A stretch of DNA of 64,000 bases from an uncultured Rickettsiales bacterium. Lineage in GTDB: Bacteria > Pseudomonadota > Alphaproteobacteria > Rs-D84. The stretch's first letter is position 1; each line of letters begins with the position of its first letter. The position numbers and the translations under genes were made by a program. The stretch covers positions 8,245 to 72,244 of the forward strand of contig CAMWQN010000002.1 in NCBI GenBank assembly GCA_947176385.1, in the 5' to 3' direction. Positions 46,786-55,752 of the stretch are shown in pieces. The notes below the pieces were generated by a model. The model worked only from the letters and a program-made list of their open reading frames with translations, ran no database searches and was not told the origin of the DNA.

Positions 46786-48255
46786 ATGACAAACAAAACA
46801 CATTTTAATTTTTACAACAAAATTGCCCATACAGCATTATGTGGCACAATGTTTGTTTTCATTGCATACGGCATTATGCCAGCATCGGCCGCGATTATTG
46901 ACCGAACAACACCTGCAGCGACAACCGCAACAACACCACGCCCGGCATCACAACGCATGCCGACAATGAGTGCAAAATTACCAACGGTCAGCCAGTCCAA
47001 CACCAGCACAAGCAACACAAATACCCAGACCAATAATAATACAAATAACGGAACAAACAATAATACCAGCAATAACAGCACCAATAATTCCGCTGCCACG
47101 ACGAACACAAATGATGCAGCAAACACAATTGCCAACGAAATAATAGAAGACAAAACATCCCAGTTTGATGCGATACTGGAATCGGCAACCACAGGCAGTA
47201 TCGACGCATCGACACAAAGTCTGGCAGATTTAATCCGTGCACAACGTGCGGCACTGGATGCGGCAGCTGCCGAAGAATTCTCTTCTAAAAACACAAAATC
47301 CGCAACCGCAGGACTCAGCACATGCGACAGCGGTCTGCGTGCATGCATGCAGGAAAAATGCGGTCCTAATTTTACGAAATGCAGCGGTGATGGCGACACG
47401 ATTTGGGGTGACAAAATGGACGCATGCCGTCGCGGTGTAACGTGCAGCGGTGAAGAATACAAATTATTTTCTATCGAAATCAAGGCTGACCGTGATCTGA
47501 ATGCTAAATTGGATTCATATCAGAAGATATTAGACTGCGGTAATTCATATAATTCATGTATTGAACAACAATGCGGCGCAACATTTAACAAATGCTTGGG
47601 CAAATCAGCGGGGGACGCCGCAATTGCAAAATGCGCATCAATTGCACGCGATTGCACACAGCAAGACAGTGGTTTAGCCGCCCGCGCAATGGAGGTTTTT
47701 GCGACCCTGCGCCAAGACGCAGAAAAACAAATCAAGAAAGACGAAGCACGCCTGTATGAACTGCGTGATACAATGCGTAGCCGCTGCCAATCATTGGGCG
47801 CATTATTTGACGAACGCAGCCTGGATTGCGTATTTACTGTTGAATTCTGGGCGGGTCAGCCAACAACATCGCTGTATGCATCTAAAAAAGCATACGCTGG
47901 TTCAACATTTGATTGCACGCAAACCTGGTTCGGTGTCGACATAACCACATTCAAAGAAAACGCATATCGTCTGACACGCGAACAAACATCTGCAACATCT
48001 GCATTATTGGGTTCTGGTGTCGGTATGGCGGTTGGCTCAATTACATCTGGCGCAATTGATCGCGCAATCGACAGACACAAGGCTGAACAAGCGGTCAAGA
48101 AAGCAGAAAAAGAAGACAAAGAAGCAGCCAAGGCACGCCAGGCTTCGAATTCAGCTGATAGCGACACATCCAGCCAACAGGAATGCACCACCGACAGTGA
48201 TTGTGGCGATGGCGAAACATGCAACAATCGCGTGTGTAAAAAAAAAATTAACTGA
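46786..48255 (+). CDS. Secreted cysteine-rich protein with Asn/Thr-rich linker and glycine-zipper; ends in an A10 tract
   Basis: Alternative start at 46741. Motifs are CDSGLRACMQEKCGPNFTKC, a glycine-zipper GSGVGMAVGSITSGA, and a C-terminal knot-like ECTTDSDCGDGETCNNRVCKKK. Confidence 0.75.
   Translation: MTNKTHFNFYNKIAHTALCGTMFVFIAYGIMPASAAIIDRTTPAATTATTPRPASQRMPTMSAKLPTVSQSNTSTSNTNTQTNNNTNNGTNNNTSNNSTNNSAATTNTNDAANTIANEIIEDKTSQFDAILESATTGSIDASTQSLADLIRAQRAALDAAAAEEFSSKNTKSATAGLSTCDSGLRACMQEKCGPNFTKCSGDGDTIWGDKMDACRRGVTCSGEEYKLFSIEIKADRDLNAKLDSYQKILDCGNSYNSCIEQQCGATFNKCLGKSAGDAAIAKCASIARDCTQQDSGLAARAMEVFATLRQDAEKQIKKDEARLYELRDTMRSRCQSLGALFDERSLDCVFTVEFWAGQPTTSLYASKKAYAGSTFDCTQTWFGVDITTFKENAYRLTREQTSATSALLGSGVGMAVGSITSGAIDRAIDRHKAEQAVKKAEKEDKEAAKARQASNSADSDTSSQQECTTDSDCGDGETCNNRVCKKKIN
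48238..48247 (+). repeat. Homopolymeric A10 tract at the junction of two ORFs
   Basis: Ten consecutive A residues. Loss of 1 A (or gain of 2) fuses ORF 46786-48255 to the frame of 48239-49045. Confidence 0.95.
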
Positions 48256-49045
48256 CACACATGGCGACACTAATCCCGCAAATGATACCGCTGTAATTCC
48301 ATCATTTAATTCATCCACGCCACAGACGCCGCAATGTACAACAAATTCAGATTGTGGTTCAGAACAAATTTGTGACAATGGTGTATGTAAAAATAAACCT
48401 GCTACAAATCCGCCAGCAACACAAAATGCGGGCAACACATGTTTCACCAAAAACACATCTGGCGCCAAACGCTACATTCCACCCGTCAATACAACAGGAC
48501 GCCGATATTTCTGGATTGGCGACTCACGCATGCAGGGAATGGCCAGGGATGAAATCGTCGGCAACAAACCAAACGAAGGTGTAATTGCCCAAGGCAGCAT
48601 GGGACATTCCTGGTTTCAAGACACTGCAATACCAATGCTCAATAACTGCCTTCATGATGGTGACGTCGTTATTTTAGCAATGGGCGCAAATGATATCGGA
48701 TCTACAAATGAATCTGCCACACGTGGTGCAAATAATTATATCGCAACATATGGCGATTTAATACGGAATCACCCCAACATAACGTTCCGCATTTTATCTG
48801 TTAATCCAGTACAAGAGCAACTTGCTAAACAAAGTGGCTATAAATTAACTAATACACTAATAACAAAATTTAATAACACATTACAAAGTGCTTTAAATCA
48901 ATACTGGATTGACACATACACACCAACCCTGCCAATGATAACAGCATTGACAGCAGGCGACGGTTTGCATTATGCAGGTGGAAAAAAAAGCAATAAAATC
49001 GAAAACAAAATCTATGATACAGTTATGTCATCAATAGGTGGATAA
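48239..49045 (+). CDS. SGNH/GDSL-type hydrolase domain ORF with no start of its own; continuation of the upstream ORF in the +1 frame
   Basis: It repeats the knot motif QCTTNSDCGSEQICDNGVCKNK. It then carries GDS (FWIGDSRMQG), GANDIG and DGLHY (DxxH) blocks. There is no in-frame ATG before the GDS block downstream of the upstream stop. Confidence 0.6.
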   Translation, partial: KKKLTDTHGDTNPANDTAVIPSFNSSTPQTPQCTTNSDCGSEQICDNGVCKNKPATNPPATQNAGNTCFTKNTSGAKRYIPPVNTTGRRYFWIGDSRMQGMARDEIVGNKPNEGVIAQGSMGHSWFQDTAIPMLNNCLHDGDVVILAMGANDIGSTNESATRGANNYIATYGDLIRNHPNITFRILSVNPVQEQLAKQSGYKLTNTLITKFNNTLQSALNQYWIDTYTPTLPMITALTAGDGLHYAGGKKSNKIENKIYDTVMSSIGG

Positions 49046-49143
49046 AATTTATCAATTTTGGTAAACAATCACCCCATTTTACATTGCCACGCCATGGACT
49101 TTTATGATATACTGATACATACAAATAGAAGGGACATTTTCGT

Positions 49144-52100
49144 ATGAAAAAATTATTATCAGTACTATTCGCAATAATTATCACCCTGCCCGCGTTGGCA
49201 ATGGATGTCAGTATCACTATTATTGATGAAAACAATGAACCATTGATTGGTGCCTCTGTCATCGTGGCAAACACACAAAATGGTGTAGTCACCGATACAG
49301 CGGGTCACGCAACTTTACGAAATATCCCAGACGACTCATCTATACGTATCAGCTATGTTGGATACCAAGAACAAACATTGCCAGCACAATCAACAATGTC
49401 TGTCAAAATGGAACCAACCACTCTGAATTTAGAAAGTGTAGTAGTAGTCGCATGTTCCCGTGCCAACGGTATAAAAACAACTAAGTGCGAAAACTGTGCC
49501 GATCCTGACAAATGTACCATCGACAGCTGCTCGGGTACATGTGTTGTACAGGAATGCCATGAACCATGCTACAAGAAAAAAGGTAACAAATGCGAAATGC
49601 AAAGTGTTACTGGTGGTACATTTACATTCATAAACAATCAATGCGGATTAACCTGTTTATCAATTGCAGGTTATGCCCAAGATCCAAAGAATCAATGGAA
49701 ATGTACACAAGATTGCACATCATCCATTACCGACCCAAATGTAAAGAAGGCACAATACAAAGGAAGCATAACACCAAACAACCTAAAATGCGAAATTATT
49801 GATTGCAAGGGTAAATATCATCCATCTGATGACAAACAAAGTTGCATCCCAGACCAAGGCGATTGCACCCCTGAACAATTGCAAGCCGTGCATGCCACCA
49901 CCGGATATTTAATCACCAGGACCAATAAATGTGTTCCAAAGGAATGTATCCAACCACAATACAGACCAGATGGCAAAGGCGATGACCGCGTATGCGTTGA
50001 CATGGTTGGCACAGCATGCAATGTAAAAAATGCGACCAGTGCAAAATTCGCAGTCCGTGATAATAAATTGATATGTGTTGTTGATACATGCGACACTGCC
50101 AATGGTTATGTAAAATCTGCTGATAGCTTATCATGCATCAAAGACTGCCTGAGTACTATCAAGGAAAAAGTTCCACTGGCAAGCGCTGCCGAATACGACA
50201 GCACTGGTAAGTGTGTAATTAAAAAATGCGATAAAAAGAATGGTAAAAAATACATCCCCAGTGATGATGGTCAAGATTGTGAAGAAACCGAACGTGATTG
50301 CAATAAACAAACCGACAGCCAAATCTGGCCGGAACATGCAACCGCCGCATTATACAAGAAATCAAAAACAGGTGGCACTGCAAAATGCGTTGCAACAGAT
50401 TGTGAACCAGGATACAAACCAGTCAAAGGACAATGTGTCAATCAGGTCGGACAACCATGTAAAGTATCACATGCCAAAGAAGCCAAATTTGAACTGCGTG
50501 ACAATAAATTGGTATGCGTAGTCGTATCATGCGACACCGCCAAGGGTTACACAAAAACCGCGGACGGTTTGGAATGTATCAAAGACTGTCTGTCAACAGC
50601 GAAAAACAAAGAACCCCTGGCAACCAAGGCTGAGTTCGACAGCAACGGTAAATGCATAATCAAAAAGTGTGATAAAAAGGATGGTAAAAAATACATCCCC
50701 AGTGATGACGGTCAAAAATGTGAAGAAACCGAACGTGACTGCAATAAACAAACCGACAGCAACATATGGCCGGAACACGCAACCGCCGCAGCATACAAAA
50801 AATCAAAAACGGGTGGTGCTGCAAAATGTGTCGCAACAGAATGTGAAGACGGCTATGACGTTGAGGGTGGTAAATGCACATCTGTAAATGATTCAGACTG
50901 TGATAAAAAACCTGAAAATTCAAAAAAATCACATCGTTACTATGACGTCAGCCAGCAACAAACATTGTGCATCATCGACGAATGCAAGGATGGATATAAA
51001 ATCAGCAACGACATGCTGTCATGCATACTGGAATCTGCATTAAGCGAAGAAGATGCAAAAAAACGTATGGATGAATTAAAAGAAAACGCCCTGAAAATGA
51101 AAGAAAAAGAACAGTCTATTGAAAATAAACTGTTGGGCGCCGCTGGTATGGCAACGGTTGGTATTGGCGGAATGAATATCGCATCTGCCCTGTCTGAACA
51201 AAGCGCTGACCGCAAAGCAGAAGATGATATGAAAGCATATCTGGCAACATTCCGCTGTGACTATGGTCAGGGTCGCAATATCCTGGGTGGTGAAACAAAT
51301 ATTCAATTACCAGGTGCCAGCGAATTGATGCAATACACAACCGAATATAAACAATTGGCATTAAACCTGAAATCTGACAAAGCCGCATTGGGAATGATGC
51401 CGGGCATTGAATCAGAAACCGTATTTGATTCTGCAACAACTGGTCTTTATGATGATGTTGGTATCGGCACACAGAAAGGTGCATTTACATCATTGTCACG
51501 TGCCCTCTTGGATGAAAATGGCGCTGACGCCGCCGAATGGCAGGCAATGAAAGACGCCACCGCAAAAAAATTAAAGACCGGTGTAATTGTTGCTGGTGCG
51601 GGCGCATTGGGAACATTGGCGGGCAACCTGGCTATCAATCATGGCAATGGTGACCAATCCGCTAATATAATGAACCAATACGAAGGCTTACAGGAAGATA
51701 TTCCAGACATCACACTGCCACGCATACCATGTTCTAATTTCCCAGATACAACTGGTGTTGGTTATGTACCAAACTGTGAATGCAAAACCCCAAATTCATA
51801 CTTTGATGAACAGACTCGCAAATGTGAACAATGCGGTACAAATGAACACGTCGAAAACAAACAATGCGTATGCAACGACGGCTTCCACCGTGATGCAAAC
51901 AGTGGCAACTGCATTGCAAATCAACCGGAACAAACCTGTCAGAATTTGCCAGCCGGCAGTGGCGCAACAGGTTCAGGCAATTTCCCAAATTGTGATTGCA
52001 AAGATCAAAATGCAACATTTGATAAACAATCATTGAAATGCAAATGCAAGGACGGATTTTCAAATCCAAATGGGGGTCAATGCCTGCAAATATGCGCAGG

Positions 52101-52854
52101 GTTACCTGGGGTCGATAACAGTCGGGCATCCAATTATAACGTGCCGCAGTGCCCATGTGAATACGATGGCGCAAAATTTGACCCGTCACAAAAAGCCTGC
52201 CTTTGCCCACAAGGTCAAACACCAGCCATTGAAAACGGTCAGAAAAAATGTATCACACCGTTAACAGGTACACAATGTGATACAATCCCTGGTGCAACAG
52301 GCACAATTGTTCCGAACTGCACATGCACTGACCCCAACAAACAATTTATCAAGAAACAAGGAAAATATGGCTGTCACTGCAAATCTGGTATGCGTGAAGA
52401 TGAATCTGGCAACTGCGTCAGTGGCAGTGATCCTGTATTCTCAGGTAACTTTAGCGCGAATGAAACATTTGACCTAGGCAAATCCGAAATCAGTGACAAC
52501 AGATGCACACAAATCATAAATAAAATTAAGACAGATTCTAGATATGATGCAAACATATCTGGCACATTATGTATCAGTGCAATCGGTCATACTGACACAA
52601 AATACTTCAAAAACACCCCTAAAAAAGAAGCAATCAATAAACAAAAGAATCAAGAACTGTCAAAAGACCGCGCTCAGGCAATGCATGATTGCATCAACAG
52701 AAATATCCGCAGTTTGTTCCCAAGAGCGACAGTCACCAGTCCAAATGTCGTCGGCAAGGGTTGGCAAGAATGCGTGGTACAAGACTTAGATAAAGATACC
52801 CCATCATGTCGCAGGGTAGAAGTAAAAATCCAACTGAACAGTTGCCATAACTAA
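49144..52854 (+). CDS. 1236-aa mosaic envelope protein: CarboxypepD_reg-like N-domain, Cys-rich repeats, coiled coil, glycine zippers, EGF/furin-like repeats, OmpA-like C-domain
   Basis: The N-terminal region is IIDENNEPLIGASVIVANTQNGVVTDTAGHATLRNIP..IRISYVGYQEQTL. The C-terminal region is AIGHTD..N.ELSKDRAQAM...CRRVEVKI. Confidence 0.8.
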   Translation: MKKLLSVLFAIIITLPALAMDVSITIIDENNEPLIGASVIVANTQNGVVTDTAGHATLRNIPDDSSIRISYVGYQEQTLPAQSTMSVKMEPTTLNLESVVVVACSRANGIKTTKCENCADPDKCTIDSCSGTCVVQECHEPCYKKKGNKCEMQSVTGGTFTFINNQCGLTCLSIAGYAQDPKNQWKCTQDCTSSITDPNVKKAQYKGSITPNNLKCEIIDCKGKYHPSDDKQSCIPDQGDCTPEQLQAVHATTGYLITRTNKCVPKECIQPQYRPDGKGDDRVCVDMVGTACNVKNATSAKFAVRDNKLICVVDTCDTANGYVKSADSLSCIKDCLSTIKEKVPLASAAEYDSTGKCVIKKCDKKNGKKYIPSDDGQDCEETERDCNKQTDSQIWPEHATAALYKKSKTGGTAKCVATDCEPGYKPVKGQCVNQVGQPCKVSHAKEAKFELRDNKLVCVVVSCDTAKGYTKTADGLECIKDCLSTAKNKEPLATKAEFDSNGKCIIKKCDKKDGKKYIPSDDGQKCEETERDCNKQTDSNIWPEHATAAAYKKSKTGGAAKCVATECEDGYDVEGGKCTSVNDSDCDKKPENSKKSHRYYDVSQQQTLCIIDECKDGYKISNDMLSCILESALSEEDAKKRMDELKENALKMKEKEQSIENKLLGAAGMATVGIGGMNIASALSEQSADRKAEDDMKAYLATFRCDYGQGRNILGGETNIQLPGASELMQYTTEYKQLALNLKSDKAALGMMPGIESETVFDSATTGLYDDVGIGTQKGAFTSLSRALLDENGADAAEWQAMKDATAKKLKTGVIVAGAGALGTLAGNLAINHGNGDQSANIMNQYEGLQEDIPDITLPRIPCSNFPDTTGVGYVPNCECKTPNSYFDEQTRKCEQCGTNEHVENKQCVCNDGFHRDANSGNCIANQPEQTCQNLPAGSGATGSGNFPNCDCKDQNATFDKQSLKCKCKDGFSNPNGGQCLQICAGLPGVDNSRASNYNVPQCPCEYDGAKFDPSQKACLCPQGQTPAIENGQKKCITPLTGTQCDTIPGATGTIVPNCTCTDPNKQFIKKQGKYGCHCKSGMREDESGNCVSGSDPVFSGNFSANETFDLGKSEISDNRCTQIINKIKTDSRYDANISGTLCISAIGHTDTKYFKNTPKKEAINKQKNQELSKDRAQAMHDCINRNIRSLFPRATVTSPNVVGKGWQECVVQDLDKDTPSCRRVEVKIQLNSCHN
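49993..50874 (+). repeat. Two tandem 441-bp (147-aa) intragenic repeats
   Basis: Unit 1 starts at CVDMVGTACNV (49993) and unit 2 at CVNQVGQPCKV (50434). Long stretches are near-identical at DNA level, for example around KKYIPSDDGQ.CEETERDCNKQTDS. Confidence 0.9.
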
Positions 52855-52860
52855 AGTAAA

Positions 52861-52890
52861 AAACCAAACGCCCACATGGGCGTTTGGTTT
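52861..52890 (+). terminator. Intrinsic terminator
   Basis: AAACCAAACGCCCA-catg-GGGCGTTTGGTTTT. Confidence 0.7.
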
Positions 52891-52914
52891 TATCCCCCTG
52901 GTCCGCCCCCCTTT

Positions 52915-52943
52915 GTCATTGCGAGTGCAGCGCAACAATCCAG
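52915..52943. repeat. Fragment of a 'cattgcgag...caatcc' palindromic-element type repeat
   Basis: GTCATTGCGAGTGCAGCGCAACAATCCAG. A related copy lies at 63087-63125. Confidence 0.4.
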
Positions 52944-53215
52944 TTAATAATAATGTACAGCACATATTTAAGTTCCGCCCCTAGGACGGGCTGATCTTTT
53001 ATCATATTGCGTTTTTTTACCCCCCAGCCACCCACAAGCATATTTACAAATCGACATATTGCTTTTATTAACATGGATCCGGGTGTCAGGCACCGAGATG
53101 AATACGAGTATACGAGAATTTATTTAAACAACTAGGAGGATACGCACAGACCGCAGTACCGAGCAATAAAAAAGCAATGTTCACAGATTAGTTATTTTTC
53201 GATTTACTTCTCTCT

Positions 53216-53248
53216 GGTGTCACCCAGTGGCTTGACCACGTGGTCCAG
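53216..53248. repeat. Hairpin repeat fragment (GGTGTCACCCAGTGGCTTGACCACGTGGTCCAG)
   Basis: Imperfect hairpin CCAGTGG-cttga-CCACGTGG. It resembles hairpin repeats I recall from Rickettsiales-type genomes. Confidence 0.35.
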
Positions 53249-53413
53249 ATTAATCAATCCCATGCAGTACTGAACCCTAGTTCACTGTACTGCGGATATT
53301 ATTATTCGCACAACAGATATATTATATATCTGCTACCCTGCCGAATACTTAACGACAAAAAAATTCAGGTCGCAGGACGACCTGAATTGGACACATTTTA
53401 TTAAATATTTTTA

Positions 53414-55639
53414 TTACTGTGCGGTTGTATCAGAATTATCCTTGTTAGAATCATCGGATGCGTCTTGTGGTACACACGCCCCATATGATTTTGCAACTGG
53501 ATAGTTTTCAATACATACGCTGCCCGATGGGATACATGCCGCATGAATCAATGTTATTGCTGGCGCACCCGCTGGTTTGTAATTTATCTGGGCAGATTTG
53601 CACTGTTCCAAATCTGTTATTTCAGCGCATGCACGACGCCATGAATTACAATCAACAACCATCGCCGTTGGTGCGACATTTTCCGGCAGACGCAGGTTCC
53701 ATTTTACATAGAAATCACGCAGACTGCCAATTGACATCGATTTGCCATATCCAATCTGATCCAAACCATCACCCAGGCGGCAATTGATATTATTCTTTTC
53801 AACAAATGCCGTTATCGCTGTTGCCAAACCACCGGTACCCGCACCAATCGCAGCACCGGTCAATGTTGTCTTTACACGATTGTTTTTATCACCCTTGGAA
53901 ATAACATCGCCAACACCTGATAACGCCTGTTTTAAGCGATTAACATCAGAATCAATACGGTCAACAGACCAACAATCCGGACCACATTCCTGCTTGGTGC
54001 ATCCATTCAGACAGTAAATATCATCACCAAAGACAAATGCCTGATTTATCGGTTTAAAGAAACAACGCAAATCTGTACCATCTGCTGTCAGACCAAGTTT
54101 GTTCAGTTGATTGGTCGCGATTTGCTTTCCTTTTTCTAACAGTGCATTGTTCAATTCATTCATACATTCTTCTGCATTGCCAGTATTTTCACAAATAGCC
54201 ACAGCATCAATATCTGTTACAGCAACACCACGACTATCAACCAGTTTCAGATTTTCTCTGCACGTCGCCCAATCTGCTGCTTCAGTTATATCGATATTAT
54301 TATCAGAAACTTCGCATTTCACAGTGACAGATAAACTAACATCTGATATTGCGCCACCTGTACCCTTACATCTGTTCAATGCAGTCTGCAACTGATTATA
54401 TTTGTCATACAAATTGACAATTTCACGACACTGGGATTCTGTCATATTATTCGCAGATGCTTCCATTGTTGCATCACGATTGACCAAAAATTCATTCATC
54501 ACACCGACATTACGTTTTTCTTTTAATAATTTCATCAAACGTTCACGATGATCAGAATTACCGCAATCAAAATCACGGTCGCCATGTCCTGCCAATGCAC
54601 CAATACCGGCACCGACCAATGTTCCACCGCCAATACCAACCACTGCAACAGTGTTTGTATTTTTATACAGTGAAAATCCAAACAGGTCTTTGTTACATGT
54701 AAATGTACTGCCTGCGCGTTCCCATGCCTCTGCCAATCTGTCGTCACCGACAGCACCAAACAACCAACTGTTTTTAATTGGTGTATCTTTGTTATACGCC
54801 GCAACACGGATATGACATTCGGCGGTTGTTGCATCCCAACGTGCATAGTGCCCACGTCCACCATCAACGCCATCATTGCCATTGTTTAATGTTGCGCCCT
54901 GTGGATTCTTCTTGATAATATTGGCACCACCCTGCCCGTTATATGCACCAACACGGTTGTTATATTCGTATGTTGTAACACCGGAATTTGCAACCGCATC
55001 AAATGATTTGCCATAGGTATTCTTGTCCAACAACCAGCATGTATTTTCTGCCTGACGTGGTGTTAATCCTGTCTTGCGCAGGACAAAACTGTAATATTCT
55101 GGTTGCACCTTGCGTGCGTTAAAGTCAATCCATACATCAGCGGATGAATGATATATATTTTCGCAATCGCGGCGAACTTCGGCAATGCAGCGTTCAACCT
55201 GGGCAGAACACAATCCCATACCATTTATAATGGAATTACGCAGTTCTTCATTGAACATATCGTTTATGCCATTTGGTAATGCGCCATTATTAACACATGC
55301 AAATACGTCACGCATACAGTTATCAACCGTATATTCAGAATTCTTGACACCACCATCCGGGCATTCTGGGGTCGGTTCATCCGGTGTATCTGGGGTATCC
55401 GGTGTATTCGGCACAGTTGGGGTCGGCTGTGTTGGCAAATCAACCGTCATATTACCTGTCGTATTGATTGGCAATGTCGGCATTGACGGCATACGTTGCG
55501 TACCCGACAACCCTGCACGGTTCATACGATTAACATTATATGCAGCGCGTCCAGATTCTGCGGCACCTGCCACCCCAAATACACACATAGCCGCAATACT
55601 CGCCACGGGTAAACCAAACATTTTCAGCCGATTTTGCAT
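53414..55639 (-). CDS. Large secreted cysteine-rich protein, divergent family member (741 aa)
   Basis: Signal peptide and a Pro/Thr linker. Cys pairs are NCMRDVFAC and LCSAQVERCIAEVRRDC. There are two glycine-zipper segments and a Cys-rich C-terminus. Confidence 0.8.
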   Translation of the reverse strand: MQNRLKMFGLPVASIAAMCVFGVAGAAESGRAAYNVNRMNRAGLSGTQRMPSMPTLPINTTGNMTVDLPTQPTPTVPNTPDTPDTPDEPTPECPDGGVKNSEYTVDNCMRDVFACVNNGALPNGINDMFNEELRNSIINGMGLCSAQVERCIAEVRRDCENIYHSSADVWIDFNARKVQPEYYSFVLRKTGLTPRQAENTCWLLDKNTYGKSFDAVANSGVTTYEYNNRVGAYNGQGGANIIKKNPQGATLNNGNDGVDGGRGHYARWDATTAECHIRVAAYNKDTPIKNSWLFGAVGDDRLAEAWERAGSTFTCNKDLFGFSLYKNTNTVAVVGIGGGTLVGAGIGALAGHGDRDFDCGNSDHRERLMKLLKEKRNVGVMNEFLVNRDATMEASANNMTESQCREIVNLYDKYNQLQTALNRCKGTGGAISDVSLSVTVKCEVSDNNIDITEAADWATCRENLKLVDSRGVAVTDIDAVAICENTGNAEECMNELNNALLEKGKQIATNQLNKLGLTADGTDLRCFFKPINQAFVFGDDIYCLNGCTKQECGPDCWSVDRIDSDVNRLKQALSGVGDVISKGDKNNRVKTTLTGAAIGAGTGGLATAITAFVEKNNINCRLGDGLDQIGYGKSMSIGSLRDFYVKWNLRLPENVAPTAMVVDCNSWRRACAEITDLEQCKSAQINYKPAGAPAITLIHAACIPSGSVCIENYPVAKSYGACVPQDASDDSNKDNSDTTAQ

Positions 55640-55752
55640 AAAAAATACTCCCTTTCTATCTGTTTAATTATACTATAAACAGACACTAAAAAAAAGTACT
55701 TTTTTGCCCAATAAAATATTGACAAATATTATAAATAGTCTATATTTGTAAC

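Noticed and set aside
46812-47483. 223-aa minus-strand ORF and several smaller ones at 46978-47254
   Set aside because: They are shadows of the Asn/Thr-rich linker of the plus-strand Cys-rich gene. The products are low-complexity Leu/Val/Phe-rich.
48017-48238. N-terminal 74 codons of the ORF-track ORF 48017-49045
   Set aside because: This part overlaps the well-supported upstream ORF in another frame and encodes a basic low-complexity peptide. Only the portion after the A10 tract (the SGNH domain) looks genuinely coding.
45840-49140. Shared 'CCATG ... TGATAT' motif in promoters of the Cys-rich genes (about 45870, 49098 and 59870)
   Set aside because: The spacing between CCATG and the -10-like element varies from 4 to 8 nt among the three sites. 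That is too inconsistent to call a regulatory motif from three examples.
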